Assembly (NCBI GenBank): GCA_036277095.1
Contig: DASUNP010000067.1
Span: forward strand, 67,551-131,550
Direction: 5' to 3'
From: Blastocatellia bacterium
GTDB taxonomy: Bacteria > Acidobacteriota > Blastocatellia > UBA7656
Length of the DNA: 64,000 bases
This document shows positions 39,324 through 47,962 of the stretch, piece by piece. Numbering within the stretch: position 1 is the stretch's first letter; every line of letters starts with the position of its first letter. The notes beneath the pieces were generated by a model. The model was given only the letters and a program-made list of their open reading frames with translations, ran no database searches and had not been told where the DNA came from. A program made the position numbers and the translations under genes.

Positions 39324-42300
39324 ACAATATTATTTCGCGTTCTATTCGACTCTCACTGGTTGCGGCCTTCTTTATGCTGTCTGCGTCTTCGCCCGCCAAG
39401 GCCCAGATCAGTCTTCCAACTGCATCGCCTTACACACAGAGTTTTGACAGCCTCTCGACATCTGCCACGGCCACGCTGCCTGCGGATTGGAGGGTTGATA
39501 AGATAGACGGGCTCGTCAGGACGGTCGGAAGCTTCACGACGGCAGGTACGGTGACCGAGCAGATCGCCGGTAACGGCATGGCTGTCAATGCAGCTAACGG
39601 CATTTACAACTATGGCGCAGGCGTGGCGAATACAGCGACTGACAGGGCAGCAGGCTGGATCTCATCCGGCACTGCTACGAGAAGCGGAAATCTGTACGCC
39701 CGGTTTATCAACAGCACTGGCGCGAGCGTTTCAAGCCTGAGCATCTCTTACGACATTGAAAAGTACCGTAATGGATCTAACACGGCGGGTTTCAGAATCG
39801 AGATGTTTTATTCATTTGACGGGGCGACCTGGACTGCGGCCCCGGCTAACTTTCTAACAAGCTTTCCAGCCGACGCAAACAACAACGGATTTGCAAGCGC
39901 CCCCGGAGTGATTGTTTCACTCACCAACCAGGTTCTCCAGGTCACAATACCAAACGGCAGCGACTTTTACCTGGCCTGGAACTACTGCGTCACCTCCGGG
40001 ACGACAACGACGAATGCGCAGGCGCTGGGCATCGATAACTTTTCCGTCATAGTCAACACCGTCACAGCGGTCGAGCTTCTTTCATTTACTGCTTCTCAAT
40101 CGGGCGATGGAGTATTGCTCGAATGGGCGACCGGGCATGAAGTCGATAATCTCGGCTTTAACATTTATCGAGAGGACGGGGGCAAGCGCGCTCGCATCAC
40201 CCCTCGGATCGTTGCGGGGTCGGCCTTGCTCGCCGGGTCCGGCAATGCTTTGACGGCCGGGCGGCAGTACAGATGGTTTGACCCCGCCCCCGGCATCGAA
40301 GGCAATATCGATTACTGGCTCGAAGACATAGACCTTAACGGCAAGGTTACGCTGCACGGCCCGATCACGCCCGCGCCCGGCGGTAAGCTATCTCTCAGGT
40401 CCGACTCGCTTCCGCTTTCGAGCGTACAGACTGATACGAGAGCGTGGCAGCGACAGGTAGTTGTTTCGAATGTCGGTAAGAATTCTCATCCGCATTCGGC
40501 TCAAGAATCTTTGAACAGTCTCCAGACCCAGTGGGAAATTGCGGCGGGCCCTGCCGTGAAGATCACGATCAAGAAAGACGGGTGGTACCGCGTGACCCAG
40601 CCCGCCCTCGTAGCCGCCGGCCTGGACCCGTCGCGCGACCCGCGCCTGCTAAGGCTGTTCGCGGACGCCGAGGAAGTGCCGATCATCGTCAGAGGCGGGC
40701 AGAAGGGGAGGCTTGAGCCGACAGACGTAATAGAATTCTACGGCGCGACGCTCGACACGCCCTCCACAGACAGGCGCGTCTACTGGCTCACGTCCGGCAA
40801 TCAGCCGGGCCGCAGAATAACCATTCTGGCGGGAGAAGCCGTCAAACCGACGGGTGGGGGCAGCTTCCCCTACACAGTCGAGAGAAAGGAGCGCAGCGTC
40901 TACTTTGCGGCGTTGATAAACGGGGAGGCGGAGAACTTCTTCGGCCCAGTAGTCACAGCCGATCCGGTCGCTCAGGAATTCCGGATCGAGAACCTCGACA
41001 AGGGATCGACCGACAAAGCCAGGCTCGAAGTGGCCTTGCAAGGCGTAACCGATGTCACAAATGTTGCGCCCGACCACAGCGTGAAAGTGAAGCTCAACGG
41101 GGTAGAGATAGGCTCTGTCGCCTTCGACGGGCAGGCGCGCAAGATTACCGAGATAATCTTCTCTAATCAATTGCTGCTCGAAGGATCAAACGACATCACG
41201 CTTGTCGCCGAAGGCGGCGAGATGGACGTGAGTCTGATAGATCACATCAGGCTCACCTACGCGCACAGATTCCGCGCGGACGGGGACGCGCTCGAACTGA
41301 GCGCCATCGGCGGAGAGCCGATAACCGTAACGGGCTTCAGCCAGCCCGCAATCCGGGTATTCGACATCACTGACCCGAACGACGTGCAAGAGATGACTCC
41401 AATAGTCGAAGCGCAAGGATCTGAATTCGCCATCACCTTCAGGGCGAATGCTTCGGGCGAGAGGCGGCTCCTCGCCCTGGTCGACCATCTTGCGCAAGCG
41501 CCTTTCACAGTCACGGCCAACCGGCCTTCGACTTTGAACCGCGCGGGCAACGGGGCGAATTTTATCATCATCACGCACGGCCTATTCGCCGCCGCGATGG
41601 AGCCGCTAAAGCGATTGCGGCAGGGCCAGGGCTTGAGCGCGACTATCGTCGACGTGGAAGATGTCTATGACGAGTTCAGCCACGGGGCGCACTCTCCGCA
41701 GGCAGTAAAAGATTTCCTGGCGCGGGCCGCGACCGTTTGGAAGAAGCGGCCCGGCTGGGTGATGTTTGCCGGGGACGCCAGCTTCGACCCGAGAGACTAT
41801 CTCAATCTGGGTGAAAGCGACTTCGTGCCGACGAAGCTCATAGACACGTCCGGGCTTGAGACGGCTTCGGACGACTGGTTGGCAGACTTCGACTCTGACG
41901 GATTGCCCGAGATGGCTGTGGGCCGCCTGCCCGTGCGCACTGTCGGCGAGGCCGGAGCGGTAATAGAAAAGATCATGGGCTACGCTCAGGCGGGCAGGGC
42001 CGAAGGCGCGTTGATGGTTGCCGACCGCAACGACGGGTATGATTTCGAGGCCGCAAGCCTGAGCGTGAAAGCGCGACTTCCTGCCGACGTAATCGCGCAG
42101 GAGGTCTTTCGGGGGAGGGTAGACGACGCGACGGCCAGGCAGCAGATCATTGACGCGGCCAGGCGAGGTCCTAAGATTGTCAACTACCTCGGGCACGGGT
42201 CGGCTGGGACATGGAGAGGGGACCTGTTGACATCGTCGGATGCCGCCGCTCTTCAGAATTCAGAGGGGCCATCGTTATTCGTGATGATGACGTGCCTGAA

Positions 42301-42565
42301 CGGATTCTTCCACGACCCTTACGGAGACAGCCTCGCCGAATCGCTGATGAAGTGCGAGCGTGGTGGAGCCGTGGCGGCATGGGCTTCGTCGTCGCTGACA
42401 ACACCGGGCGGGCAGTCGGCAATGAATCAGCGGTTTTATCAGCTCTTGTTCGCGGGCAACCTGACGCTGGGCGAGGCGGCAATGAGGGCAAAGCTCGCCG
42501 CGAGTGACACGGACATTCGCCGGACCTGGATACTGTTCGGCGACCCGACATTAAAGATCAAATAA
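39320..42565 (+). CDS. secreted C25-family (gingipain-like, clan CD) cysteine peptidase, large multidomain (start trimmed to the signal peptide Met; the track starts at 39071)
   Basis: Signal peptide MNNIISRSIRLSLVAAFFMLSASSPAKAQ; catalytic His (NYLGHGS) and Cys (MMTCLNGFF); C-terminal ILFGDPTLKIK. Confidence 0.75.
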   Translation: MNNIISRSIRLSLVAAFFMLSASSPAKAQISLPTASPYTQSFDSLSTSATATLPADWRVDKIDGLVRTVGSFTTAGTVTEQIAGNGMAVNAANGIYNYGAGVANTATDRAAGWISSGTATRSGNLYARFINSTGASVSSLSISYDIEKYRNGSNTAGFRIEMFYSFDGATWTAAPANFLTSFPADANNNGFASAPGVIVSLTNQVLQVTIPNGSDFYLAWNYCVTSGTTTTNAQALGIDNFSVIVNTVTAVELLSFTASQSGDGVLLEWATGHEVDNLGFNIYREDGGKRARITPRIVAGSALLAGSGNALTAGRQYRWFDPAPGIEGNIDYWLEDIDLNGKVTLHGPITPAPGGKLSLRSDSLPLSSVQTDTRAWQRQVVVSNVGKNSHPHSAQESLNSLQTQWEIAAGPAVKITIKKDGWYRVTQPALVAAGLDPSRDPRLLRLFADAEEVPIIVRGGQKGRLEPTDVIEFYGATLDTPSTDRRVYWLTSGNQPGRRITILAGEAVKPTGGGSFPYTVERKERSVYFAALINGEAENFFGPVVTADPVAQEFRIENLDKGSTDKARLEVALQGVTDVTNVAPDHSVKVKLNGVEIGSVAFDGQARKITEIIFSNQLLLEGSNDITLVAEGGEMDVSLIDHIRLTYAHRFRADGDALELSAIGGEPITVTGFSQPAIRVFDITDPNDVQEMTPIVEAQGSEFAITFRANASGERRLLALVDHLAQAPFTVTANRPSTLNRAGNGANFIIITHGLFAAAMEPLKRLRQGQGLSATIVDVEDVYDEFSHGAHSPQAVKDFLARAATVWKKRPGWVMFAGDASFDPRDYLNLGESDFVPTKLIDTSGLETASDDWLADFDSDGLPEMAVGRLPVRTVGEAGAVIEKIMGYAQAGRAEGALMVADRNDGYDFEAASLSVKARLPADVIAQEVFRGRVDDATARQQIIDAARRGPKIVNYLGHGSAGTWRGDLLTSSDAAALQNSEGPSLFVMMTCLNGFFHDPYGDSLAESLMKCERGGAVAAWASSSLTTPGGQSAMNQRFYQLLFAGNLTLGEAAMRAKLAASDTDIRRTWILFGDPTLKIK

Positions 42566-42580
42566 TTCCTGTCGCCATTC

Positions 42581-42625
42581 GCTTGTGCGGCTCCGGTGCA
42601 TTTGCGAGTTAGGCGCGATTTCGCA
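42581..42625 (+). repeat. intergenic repeat copy R1 (consensus CGCTCCGGTGCATGTGCTTGTTAGG ... TTYGCA)
   Basis: Aligns with copies at 45171-45227, 45951-45995 and 47071-47115, all in the same orientation. Confidence 0.55.
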
Positions 42626-42877
42626 GGCCCGAACTGAGTCCTTCTCGTAAGAATGTTCTTACTGGCTTTGAATGCTCTGTCTACTTAATTACGTCATGTG
42701 TTATGTAAGAGTTTACCTGCTGCTTCTTGGCAAGGATAGAATTTTATTGCCGATGAATTATCAGAGTGCGATGAGCTTTAACAACGCAGCAGGCCGTCCG
42801 CGAGTATAGCTTATTCACGCCCTGAACACCTTCTGGCTACATGCTGGCCAATGTTACCGCCTAAAAGGAGAATTTCT

Positions 42878-44566
42878 ATGCCAACTAAAAAAGGAACTAC
42901 TAAAAAAGGAGCTTCTAAGAAAGGGGGCTCAAAAAAAGCTCCCTCTGCAAAGAAAGCCAAGACTGAAAAAAAGACCTATAGTGTATCTGGTGAGCACCTT
43001 GTGTCGAGCAAAGTAAAGACTGGTTACATTTCTGGAGAAACGTTTGGATTGAAAGAAGTAGCTTATTCAGCGGTTGATGGTCAGGCCATCTTTGAAGGCG
43101 ATATTGTTCTTGGCAGTGTCGCGGAAATGGACGCTATCAAGAAACAGGTTGAAAACCCTCAACCGGGCGCGGAGGCTGCGGCCATCGTTGTCGGCAGCCA
43201 ATTCCGCTGGCCCGACGGCGTAATGATCTTCCGCATCGATCCCAGTCTCCCAAATCAGCAAAGAGTCACTGATGCAATTCAGCATTGGCAGACAAACAGT
43301 AACGTCAGATTCAGGCAGCGAACTACTGAAACAAACTTTGTGACTTTCACACCGGGCGGAGGATGCAGCTCTCAGGTCGGCATGCGGGGCGGAGAGCAAT
43401 TTATTACACTCGGGGCAGGCTGCACGACCGGTAACACGATTCACGAAATTGGTCACGCTGCAGGGCTTTGGCACGAGCAAAGCCGTGAAGATAGGGACAG
43501 CTTCGTCACTATCAACTTTGCTAACATTCAGCCGGGGCTGGAACACAACTTTAATCAGCACATAACGGATGGCGATGACATTGGGCCTTATGATTACGGC
43601 TCAATTATGCACTATCCCCGCAATGCGTTCGCCATCAATCCAAATGTGGATACCATCACTCCAAAGCCCAATCCCAACGTGGCTATAGGTCAGCGCACAG
43701 GCTTGAGCGCTGGTGATCTTCGAGCAATAAACTCGATCTATCAAAGAAAGGCCATCCTTGGAGAAACCAGCAGTAACGGACCTGCGCTGACAACGAGGAA
43801 CAATCAGCTTCTTCTCAGTTGGACAGGAGTTGGAAATTTGCGCCTCAACTTTATGAGTTCAACTGATGGCCTCAATTACTCTAACAAGGTGACTCTGGGT
43901 GAAGTCTCTCCGGCAGCCCCTGCCCTTGCGGTTTTCCAAAACAGGTTCATAGTTGCCTGGATAGGCGTTGGCAACAACCGGCTTAACATCTTGCAGTCGA
44001 ACAACGGGCTGAGTTGGGGCAATAAAGTAACGCTCGGCGACACGTCACAGTCGTCTCCGGCGCTTGCCGTATTAGGCAACCAGCTTTTCATCGCCTGGCG
44101 TGGCGTCGGCAATAACCGGCTAAACGTAATGCGAAGCTCAAACGGTGTAAACTGGACGGGGAAGGTTACTCTCGGCGATACAACGACATCCGGCCCTGCG
44201 CTGGCAACGCTGGGGAGTCGACTACTGTTAGGATGGCGTGGCGTCGGCAATAACCAGCTAAATGTCATACAAAGCCCTAACGGTACGAACTTCACTGGCA
44301 AGGTTACGCTTGGCGAAACAACTATCTCCAAACCTGGCCTACATGCAAGCGGCGGACGCGCTTTACTCACCTGGCAAGGAGTCGGCAATCGGTTTCTCAA
44401 CGTGCTTGCCAGTAACAACGGGACAGCGTGGACGAGCAAGCAAACCTCATCACAGACTTGTATAGATGGACCGGTGATTTCAAACCTTGGCAACCGTCTC
44501 GTCTGGGGGTGGACTGGAACCGACAACGCTCACCGTCTCAACTCTATGCTTTTCAATGTTGTTTGA
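42878..44566 (+). CDS. astacin (M12A) zinc metalloprotease with a Lys-rich N-terminal tail and C-terminal tandem repeats (start set at the Met after a strong AGGAG RBS; the track gives 42851)
   Basis: HEIGHAAGLWHEQSREDRD zinc site, then the SIMHY Met-turn. N-terminus PTKKGTTKKGASKKGGSKKAPSAKKAKTEKK. Six ~44-aa repeats (W-x-G-V-G-N-x-x-L-N ... G-x-x-W ... K-V-T-L-G) from about 43770. Confidence 0.8.
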   Translation: MPTKKGTTKKGASKKGGSKKAPSAKKAKTEKKTYSVSGEHLVSSKVKTGYISGETFGLKEVAYSAVDGQAIFEGDIVLGSVAEMDAIKKQVENPQPGAEAAAIVVGSQFRWPDGVMIFRIDPSLPNQQRVTDAIQHWQTNSNVRFRQRTTETNFVTFTPGGGCSSQVGMRGGEQFITLGAGCTTGNTIHEIGHAAGLWHEQSREDRDSFVTINFANIQPGLEHNFNQHITDGDDIGPYDYGSIMHYPRNAFAINPNVDTITPKPNPNVAIGQRTGLSAGDLRAINSIYQRKAILGETSSNGPALTTRNNQLLLSWTGVGNLRLNFMSSTDGLNYSNKVTLGEVSPAAPALAVFQNRFIVAWIGVGNNRLNILQSNNGLSWGNKVTLGDTSQSSPALAVLGNQLFIAWRGVGNNRLNVMRSSNGVNWTGKVTLGDTTTSGPALATLGSRLLLGWRGVGNNQLNVIQSPNGTNFTGKVTLGETTISKPGLHASGGRALLTWQGVGNRFLNVLASNNGTAWTSKQTSSQTCIDGPVISNLGNRLVWGWTGTDNAHRLNSMLFNVV

Positions 44567-44605
44567 TCTCTCAACTGTAAGTAATGCGTGTATCTTTGAT
44601 CAGAT

Positions 44606-44661
44606 TGACCTTGCGCGACCTGGCTACCGGAATTTTGGGTTTGTCTTAGATCGCGCAAGGT
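44606..44661 (+). terminator. 12-bp perfect inverted repeat (gaccttgcgcga / tcgcgcaaggtc) with a ~32-nt loop, 40 bp downstream of the astacin stop
   Basis: Seen directly; weak T-tract, so either a terminator or a protein-binding site. Confidence 0.3.
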
Positions 44662-44758
44662 CATCTTTCATAGCAAAAGCATTAATAGAGATCTTGCAGC
44701 GAATAGGATTTCTGATTGACAATGATTTATGGTAAGACTAGTAAAGCGAGGTTGAGGT

Positions 44759-45115
44759 ATGGATAAACCTCTAGTAAGCGGGGAAATCCTATTCGCTGAG
44801 CAGCCGCACCTACCGTCTGACGTGAAAGCATATGTGCGACTTTCGGATGTCGGCATGGCAGATGCGCCGTCTCGCCTGGTTGCAGAAGAAGTGCTAACAG
44901 ACATAGCGCAAAAAGCAAACTCAGGAAAACCTATTCCGTTCGTTTTATACGGCGCGCTTCAAGATCAGCGTGGAAGCTACGCGATAAGCGTGCTTGTGGA
45001 CGTGGACGGTAATGGCAAAATAAGTAGTGGCGACTTTATCAATATGCAAAGTTATCCTGTTCTTACTTTTGGATATCCTAGTCACGTAGCTGTTCAAGTA
45101 AAAAAGGTGAACTGA
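44759..45115 (+). CDS. hypothetical protein (YbaY-like?)
   Basis: 118-aa ORF after the astacin gene; no strong motif. Confidence 0.4.
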   Translation: MDKPLVSGEILFAEQPHLPSDVKAYVRLSDVGMADAPSRLVAEEVLTDIAQKANSGKPIPFVLYGALQDQRGSYAISVLVDVDGNGKISSGDFINMQSYPVLTFGYPSHVAVQVKKVN

Positions 45116-45170
45116 GCTATCAATTTCGTTCCCGCGATTGAATCGATTATGTCAAGTTTAGCGACGGGCG

Positions 45171-45227
45171 CACTCCACCGGTCGCATAGCTGGGAAACTG
45201 AATGCGCTTGTTAGGCGCTGCGCTTTT
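45171..45227 (+). repeat. intergenic repeat copy R4 (longer variant; overlaps the stop of the 45211-45873 gene)
   Basis: ctccaccggtcgcat ... tgcgcttgttaggcgc aligns with R1-R3. Confidence 0.45.
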
Positions 45228-45873
45228 TATCAACTAACGGTTGGCCGCCGGGGTAACAAATATCTGAAATCTTCCACAACCCTAAGCACTTATCTGCGTA
45301 AATGCCGTCTCCTATAGTGCAATTCTCGTTTATTAGGCTGACCGGCTCAGGAAAGTTAAATGGGGGCTGTTGCAGATTATAGGGCTGCCAATCTCCGGTG
45401 TGGATATCCTCGTTTTTTTCCCTTTCACTAAAGGTGGTCGTTAAGAGGTACGTCGAGCCGCTCCTCTTAATATTTTCGAGCGCGGAGCTTATATCTCTGA
45501 AGGAAAAGTGTACCAGGCAGTCCCTGCAAAGTATTAAATCCACCTTGGGGATTTCATCTTCAGTGATGTCTAACACTATAAATTTACGGCCTGGTTCCTC
45601 GTACCTCCTTCGATTCTCTTCGATCAATTCCCTGACGATGTCAGCCCCGATATATTCGTCAACGTCGAGCTCGACCCGATTCATCCAATAAAAATCTCCA
45701 CAAGGGGCATCCAACAGCTTTTTCACTCCCAAGCTTCTAAAGAGGACGGATAAGTGTTCCCTGATCGTTGTCGTTTGCTTCAGGTTTGAGCCGTTGCCTG
45801 ATCTGGATTCGTCAGTACCCCACAAACCCTTTACGTACACTTCAGTGAAGAACTCGCTGTTTTTAGAATTCAT
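45211..45873 (-). CDS. class I SAM-dependent methyltransferase (lower-GC gene)
   Basis: 220 aa; LLDAPCGDFYWM methyltransferase motif I-like; AT-richer codon usage than the neighbours. Confidence 0.6.
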   Translation of the reverse strand: MNSKNSEFFTEVYVKGLWGTDESRSGNGSNLKQTTTIREHLSVLFRSLGVKKLLDAPCGDFYWMNRVELDVDEYIGADIVRELIEENRRRYEEPGRKFIVLDITEDEIPKVDLILCRDCLVHFSFRDISSALENIKRSGSTYLLTTTFSEREKNEDIHTGDWQPYNLQQPPFNFPEPVSLINENCTIGDGIYADKCLGLWKISDICYPGGQPLVDKKRSA

Positions 45874-45950
45874 TCTTTGACCCCAAAAGCCTAACGCATC
45901 GCATCAGCGGGGCCGCGAGCAGCATTGATGGATTGATACGAGACTCGCTT

Positions 45951-45995
45951 ACCGCGCTCCGCTGTATGCGCTTGTTAGACCCCATTCGCAGCATA
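45951..45995 (+). repeat. intergenic repeat copy R3
   Basis: cgcgctccgctgtatgcgcttgttagac ... ttcgca. Confidence 0.5.
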
Positions 45996-46011
45996 GGGCT
46001 CTTATCAAGTC

Positions 46012-46998
46012 TTAGTTCTGAATAGACTCATAACCCTCTCGGGAATGGATTCTGTACTCTTCTTGCCCTGGCTTATTAACGAGCTTGACTGTTACTTTCC
46101 GATTAGAACCTTTGCTTGATTTGACTGTTGGATTATAACCAATCACGTACTGCGTGCGAAGGTAGGACGTTATATCATTTGCTGCATTCAGTAAGTCGCT
46201 GGCTGATTGCGGAAGAAAGATGTGCCCACCTGTCTCTTTAGCCAGTCTAGTCAAATATATTGCTGCCCGTTCTCGCTTGCCCTTATCCATAAGTTTCCCT
46301 TTCTTGTCAGGGTAGTTGCTAAGTCCAATGACAAACACTTGAACGCCTTCTTTCCTCAAGCGTTTGAAGAGATCTTTTTCGTTATAATAGCTCCCGCCGT
46401 CTTCACCATCGCTCATTAGAATAAGTGCGTATCTGCGGTCTGAATCAGGGTGCGACTTCTTGTAATCTGCAAACGGATCAAGGGCAAGATATATCGCGTC
46501 ATTCAATGCTGTTTGGCCCCCTGCCCAACGAGCAGCTTGATCAAGCTCAGTGAATAGGGCTTCCTTATTGGATGTAAAAGTGGGCAGCAAAGCCTCAGCC
46601 TGATCTCTAAAAGCGATCAAGAATGTTTCGTCGCCAGGTTTATTACCATTAACAATTATTTTGGCAGCCGTCATTATTTCGCTGATGCGGTCTTTTAGAG
46701 AACCTGAGATGTCTATGGCTAAGACATAGTTGATAGGCAATTCGTTCTTTGAGAAGAAAGCTATTGTTTGTGGAACACCTTCCTCGGCGACCTGGAAATC
46801 GTCTTGGCTTAGGATGCTGACTGGACGATTCTGAACATCTGTTACGAGTACATGCAGTATTACACTTGGTTTTGAGGAGGGAGCCTGCACTGACTGAGAT
46901 AATGTTTGTGCGAGAGCGGAATCAGGGAGAGGAAGATAAACAAAGCTCGAAACGATAAGTAATAAAAGGCGATAAACTAACATATGTCCTCCTATCAA
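46012..46998 (-). CDS. secreted VWA (von Willebrand factor A) domain protein
   Basis: 328 aa; signal peptide; MIDAS motif LAIDISGSL; lower GC. Confidence 0.75.
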   Translation of the reverse strand: MIGGHMLVYRLLLLIVSSFVYLPLPDSALAQTLSQSVQAPSSKPSVILHVLVTDVQNRPVSILSQDDFQVAEEGVPQTIAFFSKNELPINYVLAIDISGSLKDRISEIMTAAKIIVNGNKPGDETFLIAFRDQAEALLPTFTSNKEALFTELDQAARWAGGQTALNDAIYLALDPFADYKKSHPDSDRRYALILMSDGEDGGSYYNEKDLFKRLRKEGVQVFVIGLSNYPDKKGKLMDKGKRERAAIYLTRLAKETGGHIFLPQSASDLLNAANDITSYLRTQYVIGYNPTVKSSKGSNRKVTVKLVNKPGQEEYRIHSREGYESIQN

Positions 46999-47070
46999 GT
47001 ATCTCCAGTGACCACTGCTGGGGTCTAACGGCCCACATCACCGGGCGGCGATGATGTGACTGATGGGTTC

Positions 47071-47115
47071 ATACGAAATCCGCTATCGCCGCTCCGGTGC
47101 ATGTGCTTGTTAGGT
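47071..47115 (+). repeat. intergenic repeat copy R2
   Basis: ccgctccggtgcatgtgcttgttaggtggcg ... tttgca. Confidence 0.55.
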
Positions 47116-47925
47116 GGCGTCAATTTGCATTAGACCTTTGGTTTCTAAGTAAGTTATCATCCTATTTATAACATCTATACATAACCAAAATAAATCTTGC
47201 ACTTCTTGAATGTCATATATCTTTTCAGGGTGCTGTGTAGGGTTTCGGAATGAACGCCTGATGTTGTCTAGGTTGTCGAGTAATTCTATCGGAGGCGGAA
47301 CACGTCTCTTTTTAAGTGAGACTACGATCGGTCCCCACAACAATGTAGACATCCGGTTCTTTTTGACTAATGCACAGTAAAACATCCGCAGTACGGCCTC
47401 GGTACCACGTAAGATGTGAAAAGCCGCTGCCGTCGGTCTTTCAAAGGCAATGCACTTCCCACATTCTGCAAAATCATATTTAGCAGATTCAGGTAAAGAG
47501 GCATAGATACCAGGTGCCATCAGCGTATCTATAGAGTAAAGAAGTTTATTAACATCAACCCTTTTATCAGTTGCAATAAATGCGATATTACCTTGTGCCT
47601 CAGCTTCTAATGTGGGACGAATAGTCGATACAATTTTAGCTAAACGCTCTGCCTCTTCCTTATTCAGATTATACTTTTCATCTGCCTTCGAGACTAATTC
47701 GTCATAAAACTTTTGTAATTCTTCTGATGCCCGCAATGTAACAGTTAGATTGAGAAACTTTAGATACTGGAAGAACCATTTAATATGATTTTCGACTTTC
47801 CTTTCGCCAAGAAAAGTCCATCCTGGTTTGACTCCCATCAAATGTCTAAGGATCAATCCAAAATTGATGTACTCACTGATTTTTACTGTGCGCATACTTA
47901 CCTCATAATAATAGCCACCTAACAT
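47110..47925 (-). CDS. hypothetical protein (lower GC)
   Basis: 271-aa ORF (possibly starting at the internal MRTVKISEY); no recognisable catalytic motif. Confidence 0.45.
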   Translation of the reverse strand: MLGGYYYEVSMRTVKISEYINFGLILRHLMGVKPGWTFLGERKVENHIKWFFQYLKFLNLTVTLRASEELQKFYDELVSKADEKYNLNKEEAERLAKIVSTIRPTLEAEAQGNIAFIATDKRVDVNKLLYSIDTLMAPGIYASLPESAKYDFAECGKCIAFERPTAAAFHILRGTEAVLRMFYCALVKKNRMSTLLWGPIVVSLKKRRVPPPIELLDNLDNIRRSFRNPTQHPEKIYDIQEVQDLFWLCIDVINRMITYLETKGLMQIDAT

Positions 47926-47962
47926 GGATTAAACAGACAATCGTAAATCGATGGAAGCGATC

